A DNA stretch of 63,492 nucleotides, filler included, from Octopus bimaculoides (taxonomy: Eukaryota), in NCBI RefSeq assembly GCF_001194135.2. It is 9 parts of 9 records of this genome, joined end to end, with 100 filler letters (N's around TTAATTAATTAA, not from the genome) between each part and the next. Parts side by side here need not be neighbours in the genome. Positions count along the whole stretch, not along the records: positions 1 to 9,300 come from NC_068981.1; positions 9,401 to 15,094 come from NC_068990.1; 7 more parts are not named here. One strand, written 5' to 3'. Positions 1 through 13,045 of this stretch are shown piece by piece. Every line of letters starts with the position of its first letter. Positions within the stretch are counted from its first letter, which is position 1. The notes beneath the pieces were generated by a model. It did no database searches and had not been told where the DNA came from. It saw nothing but the letters and a program-made list of their open reading frames with translations. A program made the translations under genes and the position numbers.

Positions 1-331
1 TAGGAGTGGCTGTGTGGTAAGTAGCTTGCTTACCAACCACATGGTTCCGGGTTCAGTCCCACTGCGTGGCACCTTGGGCAAGTGTCTTCTACTATAGCCT
101 CGGGTCGACCAAAGCCTTGTGAGTGGATTTGGTAGACGGAAACTGAACATCGCTTGACAACCGATGCTGGTGTGTTTACGTCCCCGTAACTTAGCGGTTC
201 GGCAAAAGAGACCGATAGAATAAGTACTAGGCTTACAAAGAATAAGTCCTGGGGGCGATTTGCTCGACTAAAGGTGGTACTCCAGCATGGCCACAGTCAA
301 ATGACTGAAACAAGTAAAAGAGTAAAAGAGT
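1..331 (+). mobile_element. tRNA-derived SINE, family A (head fused directly to tail)
   Basis: tRNA-like head with box A (TGTGTGGTAAG) and box B (GGTTCAGTCCC), then GGCACCTTGGGCAAGTGTCTTC, then the tail ending GACTGAAACAAGTAAAAGAG; homologous pieces recur about ten times in the window. Confidence 0.85.
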
Positions 332-584
332 ATATATATATATACGTGCGTGGGTCGTCTAAGAGTCAAGGAAAAGATGCACTTGTATATCTGTCTGTAA
401 ATTAGGTATATTATCTAAAATGTGTAATGGATATTTAGTACTATACATTTCGGATAATATATATACATATGTGTGTGTGTGTGTGTGTGTGTCTGTATGA
501 TAACCACTTGCTGTTTCTTTGTCTTTTATTCATTATCCTCTCTCTCATACTCTCTTTCTTACGACCTCTTTGTCTTTATATCTG

Positions 585-632
<48 letters not shown>

Positions 633-741
633 TCTTTCTCTCTCTCTTTCTTTCTTTATTTCTTTCTTTAGAAATGTCTCGCTTACATGCAATATCGCAG
701 ATACGCACATACATACTCACGCACACGAGTGCACGCGCTTG

Positions 742-744
<3 letters not shown>

Positions 745-818
<74 letters not shown>
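745..818. repeat. (AC)n microsatellite, representative of dozens of AC/AG/AT/ATGT tracts in the window
   Basis: Direct reading. Confidence 0.95.
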
Positions 819-821
<3 letters not shown>

Positions 822-1286
822 TACAGAATATGCAACAAACAGACAGACCAAAAAATGAATTCAGGTGAAATTTTTCAAGAGAATTTTAAGAAAAAAAATA
901 ATAAATCATTAACAGTAACAAAAACGAAATACAACAAGGATTTCTTCTTATTAGGCATATCTTAAATACGATAAAGAAAGAGAAGAAGCGATTAAATTAA
1001 AGCAACCGTTTTACTGGTTTTAACCAGGATTCTTCGTTTTCGCATCATCGTCATCATTCGGTCGGGCGATTCATTTGGTCGCGGATCATTACAACTCTTC
1101 CAAGCCAGAAGTCGTACTCGTGTTAGATCTTTGTGTAGGCATGAGCTTACTTGAAGAGATAAAGAAGGGTTTCTATGAACATTTTGGTGTGCTTGAATAC
1201 GCTCCAGAAAAAAACATGGGTTAAGGGACCATCACATTATTATTTACTCTGTCTCAGTTATCGCCTTGATTAATATTGATTTCAAA

Positions 1287-2525
1287 TAAGGCAGCGAGCT
1301 GGCAGAATCGTAAGCACGCCGGACGAAATACTTAGCGGTATTTCGTCCGTCTTCATGTCCTGAGTTCAAATGCCACCGGGGTCGACTTTGCTTTCATCCT
1401 TTTGCGGTCGATAAATTAAGTACCGGTGAAACGCTGGGATCGATGTAATCAACTTACCCCCTCCCCCAAAATTTCAGGCATTGTGCTTATAGTAGAAAGG
1501 AATATTGGTTTAAAATTTTGGCACAAGGCCCGTAATTTCGTAGAGTAGGGAGTTCAACTAGTACTTATTTTATCGATCCCGAAAGGATAAAAATAAAGTC
1601 GACCTTGGCGGAACTTGAACTCAGAACGTGAAGACGAACGAAATGCCGCTAAGCATTATCCCAGCGTGCTAACTCGTTGCCTTTCATTGAGATATTAATA
1701 TTGATTTCAAATTTTGGCACAAGGTCAGCATGTTCGGAGTTGGGCGTAAGTCGATTACATGAACCCCAGAGTTCATCTGCCACTTATTTTATCGACCGCG
1801 AAACGATGAAAAGTAAAGTGAACCCCGGCGGTATTTGAACTTAATATGTAAAGACAAACGAAATGACGCTAAGCATTTTGCCCGGAATGTTAACGATTCA
1901 GCCAGATCGCCGCCCTACATTGAGATATTAATATTCTTTTCTACTCTAGGCACAAGGCCCGAAAATTTTTTGGGGGATGGCAGTCGATTAGATCGACCTC
2001 AGTACGCAACTGGCACTTAATTTATCGAGCCCAAAAGGATGAAGGGCAAAGTCGACCTCGGCAGAATTTGAACACAGAATGTAAAGACAGATGAAATACC
2101 GCAAAGCATTTCGCCTGGCGTGCTAAAGTGTCTGCCAGCTCGCCGCCTTATGAAATATTGATATTAATATACGTCTGAAGCAGTGAGCTGGCAGAATCGT
2201 TAGCACGCCGGGTAAAATGCTTAGCAGCATTTCGTCCGTCTTCACGATCTGAGTTCAAATTCCACCGAGGTCGACTTTACCTTTCATCCGTTCGGAGTCG
2301 ATAAAATAACTACCAGTTGAGTACAGGGGTCGATGTAATCGAATTACACCCTCCCCTGAAATTACTGGCCTTGTGCAAAAAAAATACTTTAGCGAATTGA
2401 CGGAGTCGTTAGAGCAACCGGCGGAATGCTTCACGGTATTTTTATTTCTGGCTCCTGAATTCAAATGCCACCAAGTACAACTTTACCTTTCACCTTTTCG
2501 GTGTGAATAAAAAGAAAAGGGGTGA
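1287..2525. mobile_element. Cluster of six family-B SINE copies (+,-,-,-,+,+)
   Basis: Repeated GCGAGCTGGCAGAATCGTTAGCACGCC head, CTGAGTTCAAAT box B and CCTTTCATCC..GGGGTCGATAAA..AGTACC core, in both orientations, separated by AATATT-type junctions. Confidence 0.85.
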
Positions 2526-3190
2526 ATCCAGAGCGATGGACTTGCGGTACTTTAAGAAGACAAGACAGGATCCTTCTGATATCAATTTCAATTGTTTGCA
2601 CATTGAAAGCAACGTCTGCAGCGTTACAGGTGCCAAGCTGTATCAGCCTTGCCTTTCCTTTGAGTATCATCAGTGACGTAAAGAGAGAAGACATACATGC
2701 GTGNNNNNNNNNNNNNNNNNNNNNNNNNNNNNNNNNNNNNNNNNNNNNNNNNNNNNNNNNNNNNNNNNNNNNNNNNNNNNNNNNNNNNNNNNNNNNNNNN
2801 NNNNNNNNNNNNNNNNNNNNNNNNNNNNNNNNNNNNNNNNNNNNNNNNNNNNNNNNNNNNNNNNNNNNNNNNNNNNNNNNNNNNNNNNNNNNNNNNNNNN
2901 NNNNNNNNNNNNNNNNNNNNNNNNNNNNNNNNNNNNNNNNNNNNNNNNNNNNNNNNNNNNNNNNNNNNNNNNNNNNNNNNNNNNNNNNNNNNNNNNNNNN
3001 NNNNNNNNNNNNNNNNNNNNNNNNNNNNNNNNNNNNNNNNNNNNNNNNNNNNNNNNNNNNNNNNNNNNNNNNNNNNNNNNNNNNNNNNNNNNNNNNNNNN
3101 NNNNNNNNNNNNNNNNNNNNNNNNNNNNNNNNNNNNNNNNNNNNNNNNNNNNNNNNNNNNNNNNNNNNNNNNNNNNNNNNNNNNNNNNNN

Positions 3191-3248
<58 letters not shown>

Positions 3249-3795
3249 CTCACTCACTCTCTCTCTCCCCTTCTCTCTCCCTACCGCTCTCCTTTTCTAT
3301 CTCATTCTCTATGGGAGAGCAGCTAATGCAATTCCATCTATTACAGATGCTCTGAATTCACTTTTGACACGGTAACAGACATATATCCCTCTACCGTGTC
3401 AAATGGACAAGTGAAAAAGGAAGAGAAAGAGAGAAAGGGGAGAAAGGGGAGAAGAGGAGGGGGAAGATTTCTGAGTATAAAAGTAAACAAAACAAAAAAA
3501 AAGAAACAGACTCTGGAAGCTCTGTAGTTATGAATTTCATTTATATTTCAAATTTGTCCACCCATTCATACAAACATATATACATTGAAAAATACAAACA
3601 CACACACATACACAGACAAACAAACATATGCAAAAACGCTTACAAAATCATACACACACCAAAGGTACATATATATCCGCACAGATACACACATATACAC
3701 GTGCGCAATTACAAACGCAAAAGAACACACATGCACAAATACAATCACGACACGCGCGCGCGTATACACGCACAGTCGTACATAAAGACAGACAG

Positions 3796-3833
<38 letters not shown>

Positions 3834-4319
3834 GCAAAAATTACACAGGGCACCCATACATTCATTTATATACACTTCCACAAATGTGTGCGTTCACACA
3901 CACACACACACACACACACAAAGCGCACTGACACGTACAGAAATACGCACGCACATACGTACACACACGTGCATGCATACAGACAAACACACACACACAC
4001 ACACACACGCATATACAATACGCACGCACATACGTACACACACACACGCATGTACACACTCGCACACACTCACAATTTAAACTACAGTTTGTGTTTGATC
4101 AAATGTAAGTGTATATGTGCATTAAGTGCATACGTGTTCGTATGTGCGTTTGTGCGCCCCATAATTGATCGTTGGAAACAACAGCGACAGGCTCAAGAAG
4201 ATAGAAGGAAAAAGAGGGGGTAATTGTGTCTTCCAACAAGGAAAGACTGAACGTAGAGAGAGAGACAGAGACAGAGACAGACAGACAGACAGACAGAGAC
4301 GGTTGATTATAGAGAGAAT

Positions 4320-4375
<56 letters not shown>

Positions 4376-4639
4376 AGAATAGAAAGAAGGGGAGAAAGAC
4401 AAGCAGGAAATAAGAAAGACGGAAGGAAGGCAGAAAGAAAGTGTCACTTTTCAACAATTTTCACGGCAATTATGATACAGGTCAAATATAACGGCGACTG
4501 ACCTTGTCTTACACTCTTCACGTTAAAAAGAAAAAAAAATCTTAGCAGTTGATTCATTCATAATGTAATTCATGGGGTTATTTCTCGCCGTAAACATTGT
4601 AGCGAGTTAGGAAGGCTTTTTTTTCTTTTTTGTCTTAAA

Positions 4640-5000
4640 TGCATCTTTGGACAATAACGCCGTTGGTTATAAGTTTCCAGTAGGCCAGTCATCGGTTCAT
4701 TGTATTTCTGGTGGCAACAGTAACAAGAACTGTTATGCATTCAGCTTTTAAAAGGCTGTATCTCATCAGCGAAGAGAACTTTTGAGATTGATTCTTAAAC
4801 AGTCATAAGCAAACTGCAGCCCGGTAGACTTTCTCAATGGAGCGCCTAATTTCTCGAAGAAAATTACGTTTATTAAAACTACCTTGAATATTTTTAGTCG
4901 TCTGATGATGATCCATTCCTCATGTGGTCCGCTTCTCGACAAAGGTTGTTCACGCCCGCTCTAGAAGTGAATTCCGACTTCTGATAGTTGATACAGAACG
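4640..5000 (-). pseudogene. Highly decayed CR1/L2-type reverse transcriptase fragment
   Basis: Minus-strand manual translation gives EWIIIRRLKIFKVVLIN..EKLGAP then KVLFADEIQPFKS, in the order expected for the LINE RT WI..R.Q.V, GVPQG and FADD motifs. Confidence 0.4.
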
Positions 5001-6178
5001 CTCTTATTTTGGCATCTGTCGGTGGAAATTTACGCGCTGGTATCAATGTACTAGATCTTTCTAACATAACATCTTTTATACCCCGGTGTTAGTGCTACCC
5101 TGATTTTTGATGAGCCGTAGCTTCCAAACATATTGTATGACTAACTTTCATACAATTGTAGAGAACAAGGATTGAAGCAACCTGCTTTCTGTTAACAGAG
5201 AGCTATTCCGTAGTAGGGCACCATCAACTACAGTAATCCATGACGTTCTCATTTAGAGTTTAGTCTATTAATTAATTTTGTTGTGTGAAATATTCATCCA
5301 CCCTTGAATAGCGTGATCCACAATGATTCAGATGTAGGTAATTGTAAGATGATGACTATCTTTATATGACTTAGCTGTGATTTTATGTAGAGTTCCAAAA
5401 CTCCAAGCCAGATTCGGTGTAGATATATTTTTCCGACACCAGTTTGCTGTCTAAGGTTACCACACAGAAAATATTCGGTCAAAATTGCCTAAATGATACG
5501 CGCATTATTAGCTTTAATTATCACCCAGACCTTCGACACTGTGTCATGCGCTCTCAACGAAAATCGAGCTCATATCGGCTAACAACACTGAGATTAATTT
5601 ACCTCAACTGATCTTACTGTATCCAGCACTATCCTAAAACAAATCGAGGGACAAAAAGACCCTATAACCTCTAAACAGTAACTGCACAGCAAATTCCTCT
5701 AAGAAATATCAAAAAAATATTCTGATACGTTACCAACAATAACACTCTTCGAGTGTGCGCCATGATGTTCTGAAATGTTGACTTACTCAACTGTACCCGA
5801 TGGTGCAGTTAAGTTAGTAATGCCTTAGGCCAATATCGTCTGAAACCCATCTACGGTTTATGTATGTATGTATGTATGTATGTATGTATGTATGTATGTA
5901 TGTATGTATGTATGCACGTATGTATGTATGTGTGTGTGAACAAAACACTTCATTTCACTTTGCTCCAGTTCATTCAACTGGCAAAAATAAGTACTCTTGC
6001 GCAGGACCGGTATCTCTTCCAGGGTGCGTGGATACGCTAGAGAATCCGGGAAACTGGCCTATGAAAGGACTTTTGACTCTTTTGCTATATTTAATGTAGA
6101 CCTATATTTCCTTCGCAAATATATATACACACGCACACACACGAATGTACACATGAGCACAGGACGCCACCAAATATA

Positions 6179-6209
<31 letters not shown>

Positions 6210-6224
6210 GTTAGTGTGTCTATG

Positions 6225-6425
6225 TTTGTTCCCCCCACCCCCAACATCGCTTCACAACCGATGCTGGTGCGTTTACGTCCCCGTAAATTAGCGGTTCGGC
6301 AAAAACGACAGATAGAATCAGTACTAAGCTTACAAAGAATAAGTATTAGAGTTTATTTTCTCGACTAAAGGCGGTGCTCCAGCATGGCCGCAGTTAAATG
6401 ACTGAAACAAATAAAAGAATAAAAG
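6225..6425 (+). mobile_element. Family-A SINE tail
   Basis: CATCGCTTCACAACCGATGCTGG...GACTAAAGGCGGTGCTCCAGCATGGCCGCAG matches the 146-331 tail. Confidence 0.85.
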
Positions 6426-6434
6426 ACCGAAAGA

Positions 6435-6471
<37 letters not shown>

Positions 6472-7177
6472 GAGACAGAAGACAGATAGAGATGAACGGG
6501 TGTCTGAATAGCCATGCATGTGTATATCTCGATGCGTATAAGCTTACATGTGTGCGTGTATGGTTGTGCACATATACGTTCTCTGCTTGTCTTTCTCTTT
6601 CTGTCATTATGTGTGTGTATGAATGTGTGAGCGTGTGTGTGTGCGTGTGGTTGTGTGCACACGCGTGTGCATGTGCGTATGTGCACCCACACGCGAAGGA
6701 AACAAATTATGCTAAACCAGATTGTCACTTAATTGACGAAATATCATTAGAAAAAGTGAAAATGTCCGCAGTGTCATACGGTTCTATATAAAGGGAAGGA
6801 AGCAAATGGATTACAAGACCAAACAAGGTTGAACGAATGCATTAAGATGTCGTTGTACGTTCAATGGTTTGTAAGCGGAATCTACAGCCATATTAATTGT
6901 TTCGTTGACGCAATCTTTGCCTCCTCATTTCTTTTCCCTATGTCTTTATTTCTCTCCCTATTTCTGTATCTCTTTCTCTCCTCTCCTCCTTTCTCTTTCT
7001 TCCTCTTTCTCCCATTCTCTCTCTCTCACTCACTCTCTGTCTCTCCCACTCACTCACTCTCTCTGTCTCGCTCTCTCGTTCTCTCTCTCTCGCGCCCTCT
7101 GTATATATAATATATATCTCTACGTACATATGTGCATCTATATACATATATACATATGTATATATGGATGAATTTAC

Positions 7178-7212
<35 letters not shown>

Positions 7213-8449
7213 AATGATACACAGATAATTGTATGTATATAAATATATCTGTATGAATATACCAGATGTATACGTGTGTGAGCATATGTGCATGTATACA
7301 CACATACACAGGCACANNNNNNNNNNNNNNNNNNNNNNNNNNNNNNNNNNNNNNNNNNNNNNNNNNNNNNNNNNNNNNNNNNNNNNNNNNNNNNNNNNNN
7401 NNNNNNNNNNNNNNNNNNNNNNNNNNNNNNNNNNNNNNNNNNNNNNNNNNNTGTGTGTGTGTGTGTGTATGTGTGTGTGTGTGTACGTGTGTTTGTATGT
7501 GTGTGTGTGTATGCATGTGTGTGTGTGTGTGTGTTGCATATTTGCATATATATCGAGAGAGATATGGAGGTGATCAGAAAGTGGTAGGGAGGAAGAGAAG
7601 ATTACTGAAAAGGACAGCCAAAGTATAAATGAGGGCAAAATATTTACGGAGTTTGTCTGAGATAGAGGGGGGAGTGAGAGGGAGGCGGAGAAGAGAATAT
7701 GCAGAGAGATGTAATTGGGGGGGGAGGTAAAATGAAAGAGAAATGAAAGTGAGCTACTAAAGAAAATGTGAGTTAAGTAGAGAGAGAGAGAAGCGAAATA
7801 TAGGTGAAGGAGAATTATACAGAAATAAGAGACAGTAAGAGGAGGGAGATATTGAGAGAAAGAGGAGAGATAGAGAGGGGAGAGAGAGAGAGAGAGGAAA
7901 GAGAGAGAGAGGAGAGAGAGAGGAGAGAGAGAGAGAGAGAGAGAGAGATTAACTCATTGTTGCAAGATCAAGAGAACAGAGAGAAGTGAAAAATGGAGGA
8001 AAAGTAGAGAATTTGAAAAAATACAAAAAAGGTTATAAAGGAAATAAAANNNNNNNNNNAGAGAGAGAAGCGAAATATAGGTGAAGGAGAATTATACAGA
8101 AATAAGAGACAGTAAGAGGAGGGAGATATTGAGAGAAAGAGGAGAGATAGAGAGGGGAGAGAGAGAGAGAGAGGAAAGAGAGAGAGAGGAGAGAGAGAGG
8201 AGAGAGAGAGAGAGAGAGAGAGAGATTAACTCATTGTTGCAAGATCAAGAGAACAGAGAGAAGTGAAAAATGGAGGAAAAGTAGAGAATTTGAAAAAATA
8301 CAAAAAAGGTTATAAAGGAAATAAAATGAATGAAAAGAGCAAAAGAGAAAAATCATTTATAAAAATAAAAACACAGGAGATAAAAAAAATGAAAGAATGA
8401 TGGATAATCTTGGGGCAGTTTTTGTTGTCCGTTACTTACTTCTTTTCCT

Positions 8450-8870
8450 ATTTTCAACATGGATGTCAAAGGTGAACGTGATGTTTTCAAGTCAATAGCT
8501 GGTAATGAGTTCTATATTACTCAGTTTGATATTTTGGTGAATTGGACCCAAAGCAACTATGCAAAAGCCTTGCAACATATTGACTGCTGGGATTTCAAGT
8601 TTTGTTGATACCCAGATCAGTAATGGATATTCAAATTGCTTGACAGCCCCCAAGGTCAAAAATATCTGGATTCTCGAACAAGACGGCAATTCAATACTAC
8701 AGAGCAGCAATCTTTTATGTGTGTCGCTCGCTTAGCTTTTGGCGAAAAATTTAACGAACGGCTCTTTTCATGGATCAGTAGGGATCAAACTACATCAGTG
8801 TTCCGAAGATTATCACTGTCGTTTCACTGATTCTCAAATCTGACATTCGTCAATATAATTGTGCCTACTT
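8450..8870 (-). pseudogene. Possible very old CR1-type RT remnant
   Basis: Across frames on the minus strand: NYIDECQI (like YADDCKI), SLNFSPKAK..HI, ITDLGI and LHSCFGSNS, in the expected order. Confidence 0.3.
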
Positions 8871-8969
8871 TACAACAGAATCTATTGCTATTTTACATCA
8901 TGATGCCTTTATCTCTCCTTCCATCCCTATCTCTTCTCTCTCAGTCTCCTTTCTTTCTTATCTGCCCCC

Positions 8970-9021
<52 letters not shown>

Positions 9022-9256
9022 TACACACACACACACATACATATACACAGGCACGCACACATATACACAAGCATATACGCGTTCACCGTTTTTGCTTTAG
9101 TGGGCTGGTTTTCCGAAGTCCAATTCATGCATGTATTTAATAATACTGTATTTGCTATTCTTTGACCCTGTACTTCCAAGATAACTATGTACAATGCAAG
9201 AAAGAGAAAGCAGCCAAATAGTTATAAGAACAAATTATGCAGTTCGCTTCTCTCTC

Positions 9257-9300
<44 letters not shown>

Positions 9301-9427
9301 NNNNNNNNNNNNNNNNNNNNNNNNNNNNNNNNNNNNNNNNNNNNTTAATTAATTAANNNNNNNNNNNNNNNNNNNNNNNNNNNNNNNNNNNNNNNNNNNN
9401 ATATATATATATATATATGTAAATACT

Positions 9428-9469
<42 letters not shown>

Positions 9470-10344
9470 AAGAGACAGAGACAGGGAGAGGTATATACAC
9501 AAATGTGTCTATATGTATGCATACACATAGATATACATCAAGTTAATTTACAGTGAAACATATTTTTGTTCACGCTCGCAAACATACATACACCCTTACT
9601 TCGTATATTCATAGAGCTATACGCATATTTGAAAGTACTCACGCATACACACGCGCGCAAACACGCACACGTAGGAGCTATTTTTCTTAGTTTATGATTC
9701 TCTTTTCTGTTTTGCTTCTGTTGATTTTTTTTCGTCTACCCTTTTGTTTCACGTATATTTCCGCTTTCCATCCATATTTTGCAAATGCTGGAATTCTGAT
9801 AGATGACTTCTAAAGGATATGTATGTATGTATGAATGTATGTATGTATTATGTATGTATGTATGCATGTGTGCGTGCGTGTGTGTATGTGAGTATGTGTG
9901 CGTGTCTGTACTTTTAGCTGGAACATGAATTTAGTGAAAAACAATGGCGTCATTTACAACGACCATATTGACTTTTACTTGGTAAAATGAATGTAATAAA
10001 CTTTGCGGTTTGTTTAAAGAAATCTCACAGAATATAATTGAGAACTGAATAAAAGATATCAATGAATAATTACAAAGAAAAAAAGACAACATTAATCCTC
10101 CATATTTATATGACGTTATGCTGTTAATCTTATTATTCTGTTTGAGAGATACGCTTTTGAAAGTAATTCATCTATCATTGAGAAAGCATTATGTGTATAA
10201 ATATCACGAATACAGACTGCCCACATGTACATGGAGTATCGAATACTCATATATTAAAATTTATATACTCGAAGATATAAATACACTTCTGCACTCACAC
10301 ACACCGTAATTTCTCCCATATATGGATATTAGACAATGATAAAT

Positions 10345-11240
10345 ATATTATACACATAATATATAGATAAATATAATATACACATAATATATAGATAAAT
10401 ATAATATACACATAATATATAAATATAATATACACATAATATACAGATAAATATAATATACACATAATATACATATAAATATAATATGCACATAATATAC
10501 AGATAAATATAATATACACATAATATACAGATAAATATAATATACACATAATATATAGATAAATATAATATACACATAATATACAGATAAATATAATATA
10601 CACATAATATATAGATAAATATAATATACATATAATATATAGATAAATATAATATACACATAATATATAGATAAATATAATATACACATAATATACAGAT
10701 AAATATAATATATACATAATATATAGATAAATATAATATACACATAATATACAGATAAATATAATATATACATAATATACNNNNNNNNNNNCATAATATA
10801 TAGATAAATATAATATACACATAATATATAGATAAATATAATATACACATAATATATAAATATAATATACACATAATATACAGATAAATATAATATACAC
10901 ATAATATACATATAAATATAATATGCACATAATATACAGATAAATATAATATACACATAATATACAGATAAATATAATATACACATAATATATAGATAAA
11001 TATAATATACACATAATATACAGATAAATATAATATACACATAATATATAGATAAATATAATATACATATAATATATAGATAAATATAATATACACATAA
11101 TATATAGATAAATATAATATACACATAATATACAGATAAATATAATATATACATAATATATAGATAAATATAATATACACATAATATACAGATAAATATA
11201 ATATATACATAATATACAGATAAATATAATATACACATAA
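10345..11240. repeat. 28-bp AT-rich minisatellite (TAAATATAATATACACATAATATAYAGA)n
   Basis: About 30 tandem units; the halves on either side of the 10-N gap share the same variant order, so part is probably an assembly duplication. Confidence 0.9.
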
Positions 11241-11951
11241 ATGTGTTTTATGTTAGCATATCTAATGCAGAGTGCAGCATAAATGCAAGTAAAAATATTT
11301 GCGAGTTGAGAAAAAGGAGAAAAAAAGCGTTTATATGATTAATATACATTTATTTTATTTTGCAATAGTCTTGATATGGCTGTACAGGGGAGGTTATGCT
11401 GACATAATGATTAATTAATGTTCAGGAAATATTTTAAGGAAGGAGAAAAACACCAAAGCGTCCTGTTTTATTTTGGTATGCCGTGATTATGCTGAGTAGA
11501 TATCACTGCATTTAAGGGTACATATTTATTATGCATACGTACTTATTTGATACTACTAAGCTTATTAAGTAGATCTATGTTTGACGGTGTTCCGGTTATG
11601 GCAACCCTCTTTTATTTTTAGGAATACTTTATTTCTGGAATGACTTTAACCCATCAACATAATTTCAAGGATACTTGGCTGTTATTTCTAGAAAACACAG
11701 CGACCACTAACAGAAAAATTCTTTGATTCCTGTTTATTCAATATTTTGGTTTGGTGTTTCGGGATTGATAGCCTATCTTTGCTGAAGTAAATCAATAAAA
11801 TGGATTATTTTTTTCGCTGTAACATATAACTTTCTCAATAACTGCAGCGGAAAAAAAAAATCTTTAAATAATAAATTCGCACATTAACAGCCTGTCCTTC
11901 ACTGTCAGCACGAACACACACCGACACACACACGCACGCACGCACACACAC

Positions 11952-11982
<31 letters not shown>

Positions 11983-12113
11983 CNNNNNNNNNNTTTTGCT
12001 TTAAGGGTATTGTCAAAGGTCTGGTTTGAGGCCCAACCTTCAGAATTCTTCTGCAGAGCTTAGAAAAACTGAAAGGCAGCTGCAATAAATGTATGAATCT
12101 GAAAGCGGACTAT

Positions 12114-12644
12114 TTTTAACTTCTTGCATAGTTCGAGCCCACAGTAATATCATATCTCCTCCACTATTTCAGTACTACCTGTCAAAAGTGAAACAATAAC
12201 AAGTCGCTACTATAGTTTCAAATACTTTCACTTTAATACTTTCAATTTCATACTAAAACTATTAAAGTGAGACTATACTCTCACATATATACAAGCATAC
12301 TATAAGACCCAAGTTAAAAACATTCCCAACAATTCAACTTCTCTGATTGATATTAACACCCACACCCCCAGTAGGGGGCTTCATTCCTACATTTTAGAGC
12401 TCCATGAGCTCCATTTTTCAGGAGCAAAATCCTTTTTACAGGTTCCAGAAAACTGAAATTTTGGAATATGCGCATAAAGATCAATAGTATGGGATACATG
12501 TCTCATGATTAGAATATGTTTAGGGTGTGTGCAATTTTCATGAAATTCGAATCATATGTATTCCAGTTCCTTACAGAAAATATAACAGAAAAGTCTCATT
12601 CTTCAATTGCATGTAACACGGGCAACGCCGGGTATCTCTGCTAG
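12114..12644 (+). mobile_element. Non-autonomous Helitron, 3' part
   Basis: Ends in the GC hairpin ACGGGCAACGCCGGGT followed by CTAG at 12641-12644, then T; internal block 12114-12297 is repeated at 12797-13045. Confidence 0.7.
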
Positions 12645-13045
12645 TATATATATATATAAATGAGAATGTATGTCTGTGTGTCTGTGTGTGTGTGTCTGTG
12701 TGAATCCCTAAAACTCCAGAACTACACAACCAATTTCATTCAAATTTTACACATGCCTTACTTAGGGTCCTGGTTGTGTTTTAGTCAAAACAAATTTTTA
12801 ACTTCTTGCATAGTTCGAGCCCACAGCAACATAATATGTCCTCCACTATTTAAGTATTACGTGTCAAAAGTGAAGCAAAACCACTCATGTCAAATACTTT
12901 CACTTTAAAAATGAAACTTTTTCCACTATTTCAGTATCAAAACTGAAACAATCACATTTCGATACTTTAATGACAGATACTTTCACTTTAATGGTTTCAT
13001 TTTCATACTGAATCTACTACAGTGAAACTATACTCTCACATATAT
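12645..13045 (+). mobile_element. Second Helitron copy, 5' part, directly in tandem
   Basis: Starts TATATATATATAAATGAGAATGT plus a (GTCT/GT)n tract, typical of non-autonomous Helitron 5' ends; shares the internal block with the preceding copy. Confidence 0.6.

Noticed and set aside
1-75. tRNA gene
   Set aside because: Box A and box B are present but there is no full cloverleaf, and it continues into the SINE body; the same applies to other SINE heads.
1287-2525. CRISPR-like repeat-spacer array
   Set aside because: Units are about 200-bp SINEs in mixed orientation in a eukaryotic context, with no cas genes.
7790-8330. About 260-bp exact tandem duplication
   Set aside because: Identical copies directly flank a 10-N gap; most likely unmerged contig overlap.
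9345-9356. TTAATTAATTAA island inside N-runs, also at 15139, 20520, 31028, 47916, 50962, 58068 and 61465
   Set aside because: Centred in 100-nt gaps (44 N on each side where counted) and a stop in all six frames: a scaffolding linker, not biology.
10295-11238. Three ~300-aa Tyr/Ile/Cys-rich ORFs
   Set aside because: Translations of a 28-bp minisatellite, itself partly duplicated across a gap.
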